Shown: piece after piece, positions 27,629-38,062 of the stretch
How the letters are laid out: every line of letters starts with the position of its first letter
Position numbering within the stretch: position 1 is the first letter of the stretch
The notes under the pieces: model-generated
What the model saw: the letters and a program-made list of their open reading frames with translations, nothing else
What the model was told of the DNA's origin: nothing
Database searches by the model: none
DNA from: Treponema sp.
Lineage (GTDB): Bacteria > Spirochaetota > Spirochaetia > Treponematales > Treponemataceae
Assembly: GCA_041670585.1 (NCBI GenBank)
Contig: JBAXYY010000001.1
Coordinates: 1-63,538 of the forward strand
Reading direction: 5' to 3'
DNA length: 63,538 nucleotides
Program-made: the position numbers and the translations under genes

Positions 27629-28906
27629 ATGAAAGAAAACAATGAAAATACTGACGCAAGAAATGAAACATCTACAGAAAATGAAATCAAAAAACCAACA
27701 TTTGATTCACTCAATGTAAGCAAAAACTTAATTGATAAACTTAATTTAAAGAATATAACTGTTCCAACTTCTGTCCAGGCAAAAGTGATTCCGCTTGTTG
27801 CTGAAGGAAAAAACATAATGTTCCAAAGCGAAACAGGAACTGGAAAAACATTTGCATATCTTCTGCCTTTGGTGCAAAAACTTGAGTCTGAGGAAAATCC
27901 AAAACATGCTGTTAAAGTTTTAATTGCCGCCCCTACTTACGAGCTTGCTTCTCAAATAAAAGTGCAGGTCCAGCTAATCACTGAATTAAAAAGCGCACTT
28001 TGCATTGGAGGCACTCCTCTTACGCGCCAAATTGAGCTTCTTAAGGAAAAGCCTGTTATTATAATAGGAGGACCGGCGCGCCTTCTTGAGCTAATTCACC
28101 TGAAAAAGCTAAAGGCTGACGATGTTGAGACATTGGTACTTGACGAAGCAGACAGGCTTTTAAGCCCAGAGCTTAGGGACGAAACAGAAGGTCTTTTGGA
28201 AAGGCTTCCGCAAAAAGTGCAGCTTATTGGCTGCTCCGCCACAGTCAGCGACTACACACGGAAAATCTTGCAAAAAGCAAGGGACGGACTTGTTGAAAAT
28301 CAAAATGAAAATGACGCAGAAAGCAATGCAATTCTTCTTGTTACAATGCCTGAAAACAATGTTCTTGCAAATTCAATTACACACTGGGCTTTGTTCGCAG
28401 AGCGCCGTGATAAAATCGACACATTAAGAAGCTTTATAAATGCAGTAAAACCTAAAAAACTTATTGTTTTTACAAGCAGAACTGACCAAATTCAAAACAT
28501 AGTTTCTAAGCTTCAGTATAAAAAAATCAACTGCGCGGGACTTTGCGCTAAAACTGATAAAAAAGAAAGGAAGGCTGCAATTGACAGGTTCAGAAGCGGT
28601 AAATGCCCTATTTTAATTACAACTGACCTTGCTTCTAGAGGTTTGGATATTGAAGGCATTACACATGTTGTCCAGATGGACTTGCCGGAAGATGCTGATT
28701 TCTTCATCCACAGGTCTGGAAGAACAGCGCGCGCCGGGCAAAAAGGCATTAACTGTGTTATTGGCGATGAAATGGAAATGAGAAACTACGCCATTCTTGA
28801 AAAAAAACTAAAGATAAAAGTGTACCCAAAGGAGCTTTTTAACGGAAAAATAGCTTCTCCAGAGGAACTTGAGCAGAATAATTCAAGCGGCGGTAAAAAA
28901 GAATGA
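27629..28906 (+). CDS. DEAD-box RNA helicase
   Basis: TGTGKT, PTYELA, DEAD, SAT, RGLD, HRSGRTAR. Confidence 0.93.
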   Translation: MKENNENTDARNETSTENEIKKPTFDSLNVSKNLIDKLNLKNITVPTSVQAKVIPLVAEGKNIMFQSETGTGKTFAYLLPLVQKLESEENPKHAVKVLIAAPTYELASQIKVQVQLITELKSALCIGGTPLTRQIELLKEKPVIIIGGPARLLELIHLKKLKADDVETLVLDEADRLLSPELRDETEGLLERLPQKVQLIGCSATVSDYTRKILQKARDGLVENQNENDAESNAILLVTMPENNVLANSITHWALFAERRDKIDTLRSFINAVKPKKLIVFTSRTDQIQNIVSKLQYKKINCAGLCAKTDKKERKAAIDRFRSGKCPILITTDLASRGLDIEGITHVVQMDLPEDADFFIHRSGRTARAGQKGINCVIGDEMEMRNYAILEKKLKIKVYPKELFNGKIASPEELEQNNSSGGKKE

Positions 28907-29373
28907 TGGACTTTATTACAGGACACCCGCTTTACATAACTTGCATAATTTTCTTGGCTTTTTCTGTTCCAATAATTGTTTCTGATATAAAGACAAAAAT
29001 AATTCCTGATTTTGCGGTGTACTTGGGCGTTGTAACTATGCTTTGCTATAGGTTTGCCTGTACGCGAGACGACCTTATTATTTACATTGCGGCATGTGTT
29101 CTTTCTGTGCTGCTTTTTGTTGCTGTTAGGTACTCTTCTAAAAGAGGCATGGGCTGGGGAGATGTTAAGTATTCGGCACTGTGCGGTATTTACGCGGGTC
29201 CTGTTGCAGTTTTTGCGGGGTACATAATTGCGGCGGCGTTGTGCGGCATTTGGTATTCTATAATGAAAAAGAAAGGCAAAATCTCAAAAAGCGACCCAAT
29301 TCCTTTTGCACCGTTCATGGCAATAGGCACTTTTGCCATAGCATTAGTTCCAATAATCAAGTCATTTTTTTAA
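28903..29373 (+). CDS. Prepilin peptidase (A24 family)
   Basis: SDIKTKIIPD, GMGWGDVK, IPFAPF; multiple TM helices. Confidence 0.88.
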   Translation: MMDFITGHPLYITCIIFLAFSVPIIVSDIKTKIIPDFAVYLGVVTMLCYRFACTRDDLIIYIAACVLSVLLFVAVRYSSKRGMGWGDVKYSALCGIYAGPVAVFAGYIIAAALCGIWYSIMKKKGKISKSDPIPFAPFMAIGTFAIALVPIIKSFF

Positions 29374-29488
29374 CAGCATTGTAGAAAATGTCAATATGCA
29401 ATATGTACTGAGTATTATTGCTAAACGCTTTTTTTATCGTTATACTATTTGAAGTTTATAAAAGAATTTTTTATTTGAGGGGATTTCC

Positions 29489-32400
29489 GTGTTTTTAAAA
29501 AGTCTTGAGATTTATGGCTTTAAGTCATTTGCAGATAGAACAAAAATAAATTTCGCTGATGGAATTACAGCATTGCTAGGGCCAAACGGCTGTGGAAAGA
29601 GCAACGTTGTTGACGCTATAAAATGGGTTCTTGCAGAAAACAAATCTAAAAACCTGCGCGCCGAAACTATGGAAGATGTTATTTTTAACGGAACAGAAAC
29701 CCGCCCTGCATTAAGCGTTGCAGAAGTCACCCTTACAATTGTAAACGACAAGGGCCTTTTGCCTTTGGAAGCGGAAGAAATTGCTATAAAAAGAAGATTG
29801 TACCGCTCTGGTGAAAATGAATACTTTATTAACGGCAGACAGGTTGGAGCAACGGACATACGTAAGCTCTTTATGGACACTGGTGTTGGAAAGGCCGCAT
29901 ACTCTGTAATGGAACAGGGCAAGATTGACCAGATACTTTCCAGCAAGCCAGAAGACCGCCGCTACCTTTTTGAAGAGGCAGCAGGAATTAGCCGCAGCAA
30001 AGCGGAAGTCGCAGAAGCCGAGCGTGAGCTAGAGAAGGCAAAGGCAAACCTAGCTCAAATAGACTTGGGGCTTGCAGAATCAAAGCGAACTTATGAAACA
30101 TTAAAAGTGCAGTCTGATAAAACAGCAAAATACAGAAAGCTTAACGAAGAAAAATTCAACTGCGAGCTAGACATTCAGCTTTTGCGCTTAAAGGATTTCA
30201 CAGAAAACAAGGCGCGCCACGAGCAGAGCAGAAAGGACGCCGAGACAAAAAGAGACGCAGCTTCAAAAGAAATTGAAGAGATATACAACACTCTTAACGA
30301 AAACACTGACAAAATAAAATCCTTGCAGGAAGAAGTGAATTCAAAACAGCAGGAAGTTATAAAAATAAGCGCTGAGCAGAGCGGCAAAAAGGCAATGCAA
30401 AAGCAGCTTGTCGCCCACCAGAGCGAGGCTAAGGAAAAGATTGGCCAAATTGAGAACAGAATAAAAAATGTACAGGAAAGAATTGATGAATTCAATGAAG
30501 AAATAGACAGCCAGAATTCAGAGCTTCATGACAAGAAAAAGCAGATTGAAGACATAAACAGAAACATTCAGGGCTTTGTTGCGAACATTCAGCAGGCTTC
30601 AGGCCAGATAAATGACAACGACAAGCAGATTGGCATAAATTCAGGAAAAATTCACAACTTGGACGCAGAACGCGCTGACTTGCAAAAACAGCTTGAGGCA
30701 ATTACAGAAAACATTGTTACAGAGCTTGACGCAAAGTTAAAGGACGCAGGCTACTCTTCCGCTTCTTGCAAAAAGGCAAAAGAAGAGCTTGAGCTTACAC
30801 TTAGCAAAATAAAAATCTTTGTAAACGGCAGGGCGAACATATTTAAAGACTTCGCTGCCCTCTCTTCACACAAGGAGCAGGATTCAGCGCGCTTTGGAAC
30901 AGACGCAGTGCAGGCTTTTACAGACTTAGGCGCAATGCTAACTTCACTTTCTGAAAACATAGAGAACTACACAAAGACAACGCCTCAGTTCATTGACGAC
31001 TTCCTTTCTCCAGAAGGAATTATCACTAAGAAAAGAAATATTGACCATTCAATTCAAGACAACATTTCTCAAATTGATTTATACCAAAAGGAAATTGACG
31101 ACTTAAGAAAAACAAATGACAGCCTTAACGTAAAAATTGACGAGTACAAAGACACGTTAAACAAGCTTCGTGTGAACCAGGCTGAAATGACACAGCAGAT
31201 TTTCTCTTGCGAGCAGCAGATTTCAACTTTGAAAAAATCACTCACAACAGAAGAGACAACTCTTACTGACCAGCAGAACGAGCTGTTTGAGGAAAACAAA
31301 CGTAAAGAAGAAACTGACGAGCAAATAGAAGAGCTTGACGAAGCAATTGCAGAGCTGCAGCAGAAAGGTGAATCTATCACTAAAATTTTACAAGATTTGG
31401 ACAAGCAGATTTCCGACTGCAACAGCAAAGTCTCTGGCAAGCAGAACGCCCTTCAGAGAAAGCAGGAAGAGAAAAACAAGTTCCAGGCGCAGCTGGAAAA
31501 ACTAAGCGTTGACCTTGTTCAGAGCGACACAGAAATACGCAATGTTAAGCAGAATTTCCAGGACAACTACTCGCGCGACCTTATGGAGTTTGAAGAAAGA
31601 ATGTACACAATCACAACTCCTAGCGCAAAACTTAAAGACAGCCTTGCGGAAGTAAAGCAGAAGATTACAGATTTGGGCCAAGTTAACCTTATGGCAGTTG
31701 AGCAGTTCGCAGAAGAAAAAGAGCGCTATGAGCGACAGCAGGCAAACTACAACGACACTCAGAAGTCTGTTGAAAACCTTGTGCGTGTAAGTGAAGAAAT
31801 CAGAACTAAATCATCTGAGCTGTTCCTTGACACATACAATAAGATTCGCAAGAATTTCCACAATATGTTCAGAAGGCTTTTAAATGGCGGTAAAGGCGAG
31901 CTTCGACTTTGCGACCCAACAAATGTTTTGACTACAGGTATTGATATTTACGCCCAGCCTCCGGGAAAGAAACTGCAGAACATTTCGCTTTTGTCTGGCG
32001 GAGAAAAGACAATGACAGCAGTGGCTCTTTTGTTTGCAACTTACCAGGTGCGCCCTAGCCCATTCTGTTTGCTAGATGAAATTGACGCGGCCCTTGACGA
32101 CAAAAATGTTGTAAGCTTTGTACAGACATTGCGCTCTTTTGCAAATGTAAGCCAGTACATTGTAATTACTCATAACAAAAAAACAGTTATGGGAGCAAGC
32201 AGTATGCTTGGTGTTACAATGGAAGAAAGCGGCATTACTAAAGTTGTGCAAATTAAACTTGACGACGACACAATAAACGGCCGTGTTAAATACGACCCAC
32301 AGGAAGACTTTGTTGATGAAGACGTGCCTCCAGAAGAAGGCATTGTTATTCCACAGCGTCCTCCTAGACGCGAGCATAATCCAGACGGCTCTTTGAAAGT

Positions 32401-32638
32401 TCCAGAAGAATCTGTAGAAGTAAAAGAAGAAAAGCATAACGAGCAAGATGCAGAAGTTTCTGAAAATGAAGATAAAACTTTAGAAGTTCAAGAAGCATCT
32501 GTTGAAAATAAAGATTCGCAAGAAGTTGTTATAAATGAAGAAGATGTGTCAAATGAAAAGAAGGCAAATTCTCCAGAGAAAGATGACGGGCTTCAAGCTG
32601 ATAATAAAAATGGAGCTGATAAAAGTCAGCCAACATAA
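29489..32638 (+). CDS. smc: Chromosome segregation protein SMC (short spirochaetal type) with acidic C-terminal tail
   Basis: GFKSF, GPNGCGKSN, LSGGEK, LLDEIDAALD, long coiled coils. Confidence 0.92.
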   Translation: MFLKSLEIYGFKSFADRTKINFADGITALLGPNGCGKSNVVDAIKWVLAENKSKNLRAETMEDVIFNGTETRPALSVAEVTLTIVNDKGLLPLEAEEIAIKRRLYRSGENEYFINGRQVGATDIRKLFMDTGVGKAAYSVMEQGKIDQILSSKPEDRRYLFEEAAGISRSKAEVAEAERELEKAKANLAQIDLGLAESKRTYETLKVQSDKTAKYRKLNEEKFNCELDIQLLRLKDFTENKARHEQSRKDAETKRDAASKEIEEIYNTLNENTDKIKSLQEEVNSKQQEVIKISAEQSGKKAMQKQLVAHQSEAKEKIGQIENRIKNVQERIDEFNEEIDSQNSELHDKKKQIEDINRNIQGFVANIQQASGQINDNDKQIGINSGKIHNLDAERADLQKQLEAITENIVTELDAKLKDAGYSSASCKKAKEELELTLSKIKIFVNGRANIFKDFAALSSHKEQDSARFGTDAVQAFTDLGAMLTSLSENIENYTKTTPQFIDDFLSPEGIITKKRNIDHSIQDNISQIDLYQKEIDDLRKTNDSLNVKIDEYKDTLNKLRVNQAEMTQQIFSCEQQISTLKKSLTTEETTLTDQQNELFEENKRKEETDEQIEELDEAIAELQQKGESITKILQDLDKQISDCNSKVSGKQNALQRKQEEKNKFQAQLEKLSVDLVQSDTEIRNVKQNFQDNYSRDLMEFEERMYTITTPSAKLKDSLAEVKQKITDLGQVNLMAVEQFAEEKERYERQQANYNDTQKSVENLVRVSEEIRTKSSELFLDTYNKIRKNFHNMFRRLLNGGKGELRLCDPTNVLTTGIDIYAQPPGKKLQNISLLSGGEKTMTAVALLFATYQVRPSPFCLLDEIDAALDDKNVVSFVQTLRSFANVSQYIVITHNKKTVMGASSMLGVTMEESGITKVVQIKLDDDTINGRVKYDPQEDFVDEDVPPEEGIVIPQRPPRREHNPDGSLKVPEESVEVKEEKHNEQDAEVSENEDKTLEVQEASVENKDSQEVVINEEDVSNEKKANSPEKDDGLQADNKNGADKSQPT

Positions 32639-32655
32639 GGACTTGTATAAATATA

Positions 32656-33030
32656 ATGGGAAAAATAAAAAATGCTGTTGAATCAGTAAAAAAATTTGTC
32701 GCAGAAAAAGGCAAATTTCCTTTTATTTTAGCCGCTATTTTGGTTTTTCTTTTTATAGGGGCAGTTGTCGCTTCCATAATTCAATGCGCATCTAAGCCTA
32801 AAAAGATCACGCCTTTTGAAACAACAGAGCCTTATATTTCCACAAAAGATCTTGTTCCGCCAAATTCAGAATTTGGTTCAATCGATTATTATTTTTCAAG
32901 AATTCCAAGTGACAAATGGTCAGAGAAAGAAGTTGACAGATGGTTTACAGAGCCTACTCAAAAAGAAATAGATGAACTTGGAAATGCAAACGATGCAATT
33001 ATTTCAGAAATTACAGGAGCTGCTCCATGA
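32656..33030 (+). CDS. Hypothetical single-TM protein
   Basis: One hydrophobic helix; overlaps next start. Confidence 0.7.
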   Translation: MGKIKNAVESVKKFVAEKGKFPFILAAILVFLFIGAVVASIIQCASKPKKITPFETTEPYISTKDLVPPNSEFGSIDYYFSRIPSDKWSEKEVDRWFTEPTQKEIDELGNANDAIISEITGAAP

Positions 33031-34700
33031 AAAAGTTTTTGTTCCTTACAATTTTATCCGCCTCTGTTTTGTGCTTTTCAATAAGCTGCGCATCTTCTTC
33101 AAAATTAGAAAAAGAAACGCAAAAGGAAGAAGTGCCTGCTAAAGAGTCAACAGAAAATGATGACTCGAATGTTGTTGCTTCTAATGAATACAAACTTCCA
33201 GAAGAACCAAAAGTATTTGATGAAGTTGCTGCATCAAAAGAAGATGTTAAGCAACAAAATGAGCAAACTGAAAAAAAGGAAACAGAAGAAATCCCCTTAG
33301 AAAAAGTCACTGCTGATAAAGGCGAATTTCTAGAAGAGATTCCTAAAGAAGAAAAACCAAAAGATGATGAAACTGTAGATATAATTTCTGACACAGAAGA
33401 CATACCTCTTCTTGCAGAAGACACAACTGAAAATGCTGTTGCTCCTGTAAAACCAGCTGAAGCTACATCTGATTCTGTAAAGCCAACTGCAACAACTTCA
33501 ACTACAGAAAAAAAACAAAATGAAAGAACAAACACAGAAACTTCTAGTAAAAACAACACGCAAACTACATCTCCAAAAGCAATTACTATAACAGATGGTT
33601 CAACAACTGTTACAAATAAATTAAATTCTGAAGCTACGACTTCTAATGCTGACTCACCTAAAAAATCAACAGAAATATCTTCAGAACAAACAGAAGGCAA
33701 TTCTTCTACAGACAACACAAAGAAGCGAGAAGAAAAAACACAAGATAAAGAGATTGTCCCTTCTCGTTCTGTTGAAATGTACAACAGCCAATATCTAGAT
33801 GTTGTATATCCTGGAACAGGATGGGTTTATTTAGGAGAAACTGGCGAAAATAAGATAATGCGCTATTTTGGAAGAAAAATTGGAACTGGCGACACTTCAT
33901 TTACACTGCGTTCAAGCAAGGCTGGAAGCACAACACTTCACTTTTATAAAAATGACATTCTTACAGGCGAATATATTGACGACTATCTAAATGTAAAAGT
34001 AAAAGATGAAAAATCAAAAACAGCAGACCACGCAACAGCTCCTTCTTATGAAGAGTATGTTCCTCCAAGACTTTCTTCTGAAAAGAAAAACGCTGCTTCA
34101 AATACATCAAATAATACAGAAAACTCAAATGGAGCAGATGTAAAATCAGAAGTTGAATCTTCATCAAATAAAGAAAAATCAGAGTCTTCTGCAAAATCAA
34201 ACAGCACTTCTAAAACAACGCAAAATGTACAAACACTAGATGTTACTCCAGAAGATGAAAGCAATGTGCAGACTTTAATTCAAACTACAGAATCAACACC
34301 ATCAGCTTCAGAAAAAGCTGCTGCTTCAAAAACAGCCGCTGCCACAAGCTCTACAAAAAAATCAAGCGATAATGCAAAAGAAAACAGCAGCAATTTGGAA
34401 GACACAACAACAATGTCTGAAAATGATATACTTTCTCTTGCGCAGAAATCATTTGACAATAAAAATTATTCAGACACTCTTTCATACTTGGACGATTTCT
34501 TTGACAAAGCTGTTTCAAGAGTTGACGAAGGGCTCTACTTGCAAGGGCAGACTTACGAATCTAACTCAGAAGTGAAGAATATAAAGAAGGCTCTAGAAAC
34601 TTACCAAACGCTAATTGATAATTATCCGAACAGCATTGACTGGGACAAGGCTAACGAAAGAATAACTTATTTAAAAAGGTTTTATTTTAACATACGCTAA
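33027..34700 (+). CDS. Lipoprotein with Ser/Thr/Glu-rich disordered linkers and C-terminal TPR
   Basis: Lipobox ISC; low-complexity tracts; ALETYQTLIDNYPNS TPR-like end. Confidence 0.8.
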   Translation: MKKFLFLTILSASVLCFSISCASSSKLEKETQKEEVPAKESTENDDSNVVASNEYKLPEEPKVFDEVAASKEDVKQQNEQTEKKETEEIPLEKVTADKGEFLEEIPKEEKPKDDETVDIISDTEDIPLLAEDTTENAVAPVKPAEATSDSVKPTATTSTTEKKQNERTNTETSSKNNTQTTSPKAITITDGSTTVTNKLNSEATTSNADSPKKSTEISSEQTEGNSSTDNTKKREEKTQDKEIVPSRSVEMYNSQYLDVVYPGTGWVYLGETGENKIMRYFGRKIGTGDTSFTLRSSKAGSTTLHFYKNDILTGEYIDDYLNVKVKDEKSKTADHATAPSYEEYVPPRLSSEKKNAASNTSNNTENSNGADVKSEVESSSNKEKSESSAKSNSTSKTTQNVQTLDVTPEDESNVQTLIQTTESTPSASEKAAASKTAAATSSTKKSSDNAKENSSNLEDTTTMSENDILSLAQKSFDNKNYSDTLSYLDDFFDKAVSRVDEGLYLQGQTYESNSEVKNIKKALETYQTLIDNYPNSIDWDKANERITYLKRFYFNIR

Positions 34701-34821
34701 GGTATGAAATGTTTTATGTAACTAAAAAGTGTTGTGCTTTATTTATTAAGCATAACTTAATATAGTGGTAAAAGAGCTTTTGCTTTTATAAGCCACAAAA
34801 AAAATATGAAAGGAGTATTTT

Positions 34822-35535
34822 ATGAAAAAGATTTTTAAAATTTCAATTGCAGCAGTTTTTATTTTATCAACTGCTATGTTTTCTTCTTGCACTGTTAAGC
34901 AGCAGGAGAATTTATCACGGACAGTTACTGTAACAGGCAGCGGACAGGTAGAAATTGAAAGCGACCAGGCTACAATTATTCTTTCTGTAATTACAAGAAA
35001 CTACGATGTAACAAAAGCTGTTCAGGAAAATGCAGATAAAATGACAAAAGTTCAGGAATCACTTATTGCAAGCGGTTTGAATAAGCAGGACATTACTACA
35101 AACAACTATTCTATTTACCAAGAGTCTTCTTACTCTGGTGGAAGAAGCATTCCGGGGCAGTATAATGTTTCTAACAATGTGCAGATTATTGTACGCGACA
35201 TTTCAAAAGCAGGCGCTGTAATTGACACAGCAGTAAAGGCCGGAGCAAACAGCCTTTCTTCATTAACATTCGACGCAACAAAGCAGGAAGATGCTGTAAA
35301 GCAGGCACGTATTCTTGCAATAAAACAGGCTGAAGAAACAGCTTCACTTCTTGCTTCAACAAGCGGAGCTACACTTGGAAAGATTGTCACAATTGAAGAG
35401 CAGTCTGGCAGCAGCTACCCACGCGCAAGCCTTATGAAGACTTCTGCTGTATTAAATGACGCGGCCCCTACTCCAATTTCTGCTGACAAGACAACAGTTT
35501 CTATAACTGTAAATTGCACTTATGAATTGCAGTAA
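34822..35535 (+). CDS. SIMPL (BP26/YggE) domain lipoprotein
   Basis: FSSC lipobox; TVTVTGSG, AVKAGAN, ARILAIKQA...GATLGKI. Confidence 0.88.
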   Translation: MKKIFKISIAAVFILSTAMFSSCTVKQQENLSRTVTVTGSGQVEIESDQATIILSVITRNYDVTKAVQENADKMTKVQESLIASGLNKQDITTNNYSIYQESSYSGGRSIPGQYNVSNNVQIIVRDISKAGAVIDTAVKAGANSLSSLTFDATKQEDAVKQARILAIKQAEETASLLASTSGATLGKIVTIEEQSGSSYPRASLMKTSAVLNDAAPTPISADKTTVSITVNCTYELQ

Positions 35536-35585
35536 ACTTTAATTTACGATAGAATAATCTAATTTTTATTTAGAGGATTAAAGAA

Positions 35586-36902
35586 ATGCTTGACTACAAA
35601 TTTATTAAAGACAACCTTGAGGCTGTAAAAGAAAATATTAAAAACCGCAACATGGTTGCTGACGCTGATGTTGTTGTAAAACTTTACGATGAAAGAACAT
35701 CTCTAACAACAAAGCTGCAGAACCTTCAGCAGAAAAGAAACCAGAATGCTGCTTCTATGAAACAGAAGCTAGACGATGAAACACGCCAGAAATATATTGC
35801 TGACGGAAAATCTATAAAAGACGACATTGCAGAGACAGAAAAAGAGCTTGCAGAAACAGAGACAGCTCTTGATGCTGCCGCTAGAAAAATTCCAAACATG
35901 GCAAACCCAGCAGCGCCTGTTGGAAAAGTTGACACAGAGAATCTTGAAGTAAAGAAAGTTGGAACTCCACGCACATTCGACTTTAAAGCAAAAGACCATG
36001 TGGAGCTTGGAGAAAGCCTTGATATAATTGACTTTGACCGTGGAACAAAAGTAAGCGGACCAAAATTCTACTACTTAAAAAATGAAGCGGTGTTCCTTGA
36101 GCAGGCTCTTATTATGTACGCGCTTAACATTTTACGCAAACACGGCTTCACTCCATTTATTACACCAGATGTTGCTAAACAGGAAATTCTTCAGGGCATT
36201 GGATTCAACCCACGTGGAAATGAGTCAAATGTTTACTGCGTTGAAGACGAGGGAACTTGTCTTGTTGCAACAGCAGAAATTACTTTGGGCGGCTACCATT
36301 CAGGAGAAATCTTGGACAAGTCAAAGCTTCCGCTTTTCTACTGCGGACTTTCACACTGCTTTAGACGCGAGGCAGGAGCTGCGGGACACTTTAGCAAGGG
36401 TCTTTACAGAGTCCACCAGTTTGACAAGATTGAAATGTTTGTATACTGCCTTCCTGAACAGAGCAATGAATTGCATGAAAAGCTGCGCCTTATTGAAGAG
36501 GAAATCTTCACTGGCTTAGGATTGCCATTCCGTGTTGTAGACACATGCACTGGCGACTTAGGAGCACCTGCTTACAGAAAGTGGGACTTGGAAGCATGGA
36601 TGCCAGGACGCACTGACGAAAAGCACCCTAATGGAGACTATGGCGAAGTAACATCAACTTCTAACTGCACAGACTATCAGGCAAGAAGACTTAATGTAAA
36701 ATACCGTGATGATGATGGAAAAAACAAATATGTCCACATGCTTAACGGAACAGCAATTGCTGTAGGAAGAGCTATGCTTGCTATTATTGAGAACTATCAG
36801 AATGCTGACGGCTCAATTACAATTCCTGCGGCACTTGTTCCAATATGCGGCTTTGACAAAATTGGACCAAAAGCAAAAGTTGATTCGCCTGACGCAAAAT
36901 AA
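35586..36902 (+). CDS. serS: Serine--tRNA ligase
   Basis: ATAEI, FRREAG, GLYRVHQF, SNCTDYQARRL, HMLNGT. Confidence 0.97.
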   Translation: MLDYKFIKDNLEAVKENIKNRNMVADADVVVKLYDERTSLTTKLQNLQQKRNQNAASMKQKLDDETRQKYIADGKSIKDDIAETEKELAETETALDAAARKIPNMANPAAPVGKVDTENLEVKKVGTPRTFDFKAKDHVELGESLDIIDFDRGTKVSGPKFYYLKNEAVFLEQALIMYALNILRKHGFTPFITPDVAKQEILQGIGFNPRGNESNVYCVEDEGTCLVATAEITLGGYHSGEILDKSKLPLFYCGLSHCFRREAGAAGHFSKGLYRVHQFDKIEMFVYCLPEQSNELHEKLRLIEEEIFTGLGLPFRVVDTCTGDLGAPAYRKWDLEAWMPGRTDEKHPNGDYGEVTSTSNCTDYQARRLNVKYRDDDGKNKYVHMLNGTAIAVGRAMLAIIENYQNADGSITIPAALVPICGFDKIGPKAKVDSPDAK

Positions 36903-36920
36903 ATAAAAGGAAAAACAATT

Positions 36921-38057
36921 ATGGAAAAACAGACAAACTATGCGCGTTCAATATTTTTGCTTCTTCTGTTTGTCTGCATAATTGTTGCATGTGTTCTTCT
37001 TAAAGTTCTTTCTTCTGTATTCATTCCTATAACAATTTCTTGCCTTCTTTCATTTGTTTTTTATCCGCTGCTTAAGACTATGAATAAAAAACTTCATATT
37101 CCGTGGGTTTTAGGAATTATTATAATTTTAGCAATTGCTTTTGTTGCTTTTTTCGCTGTAGCTAACCTTTTAATTTCAAGCACAAAAACAATTATCAGCG
37201 TATACCCTAAATACGAATCAAGATTCACTTCTCTTTATGAGCTTTTCTGCAATACATTCAAGATTCCGTTTGACAAAGAATCTTCGTTGTTCACAAACTT
37301 GTGGAATTCTTTGAACGTAAGAAACGCTGTCCAGAACTTTGCAATTTCATTCAGCAACTACCTTCTTTCATTCAGCAAAAATCTAATTATGATTTTGCTT
37401 TTCATAGTTTTTCTTCTTATTGAAATAAAGTCTATGAAGCAGAAAGTTGAAATAGCATTTGAAGGGACATTTCATGGCAAGCTGCAGAATATTTTTTCAA
37501 ACACTATAAACGATGTAACAAGGTATATTTCTATTAAATTTATTATTTCACTTTTAACAGGCATTGTTGTTTTCTTAGGATGCCTTGCTTTAAAACTTGA
37601 CTTTCCAATTATTTGGGGATTTCTTTCTTTTATTCTAAACTTCATCCCTAATTTTGGCTCTATAATTTCTTCCGTAATGACAATTGTTTTTGCAATTCTT
37701 CAATTCTACCCTTCATGGTGGCAGGTTGTTGCCACAGCTTTGCTAATGCTTAGTTCTAATATGATTTTAGGAAGCTTCATAGAGCCGCGCTGGGAAGGAA
37801 CAGACTTGGGGCTTTCTCCATTTATTATACTAGTAAGCCTTTCTTTGTGGGGCTGGATGTGGGGATTTTTGGGAATGATTTTGGCAGTTCCAATTATGGT
37901 TATTGTAAAAATTATATGCGAAAATATTTCATATTTAGCACCAGTCGCAGTTCTTCTTGGAAACGGTTCGAAAAGTTCTTTTCGTAAAGAAAAAGACAAC
38001 GAGACATCAGATCCGGCCAATGAAAATAAAGCGGAAGATGATTCTGTAAATAAGTAA
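36921..38057 (+). CDS. AI-2E (PerM/YhhT) family transporter
   Basis: LNFIPNFGS, IEPR...GLSP, WGWMWGFLGMILAVP. Confidence 0.9.
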   Translation: MEKQTNYARSIFLLLLFVCIIVACVLLKVLSSVFIPITISCLLSFVFYPLLKTMNKKLHIPWVLGIIIILAIAFVAFFAVANLLISSTKTIISVYPKYESRFTSLYELFCNTFKIPFDKESSLFTNLWNSLNVRNAVQNFAISFSNYLLSFSKNLIMILLFIVFLLIEIKSMKQKVEIAFEGTFHGKLQNIFSNTINDVTRYISIKFIISLLTGIVVFLGCLALKLDFPIIWGFLSFILNFIPNFGSIISSVMTIVFAILQFYPSWWQVVATALLMLSSNMILGSFIEPRWEGTDLGLSPFIILVSLSLWGWMWGFLGMILAVPIMVIVKIICENISYLAPVAVLLGNGSKSSFRKEKDNETSDPANENKAEDDSVNK

Positions 38058-38062
38058 AAAAA

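Noticed and set aside
33011-33784. 257-aa antisense ORF
   Set aside because: Shadow of the low-complexity lipoprotein on the opposite strand; no RBS or family features
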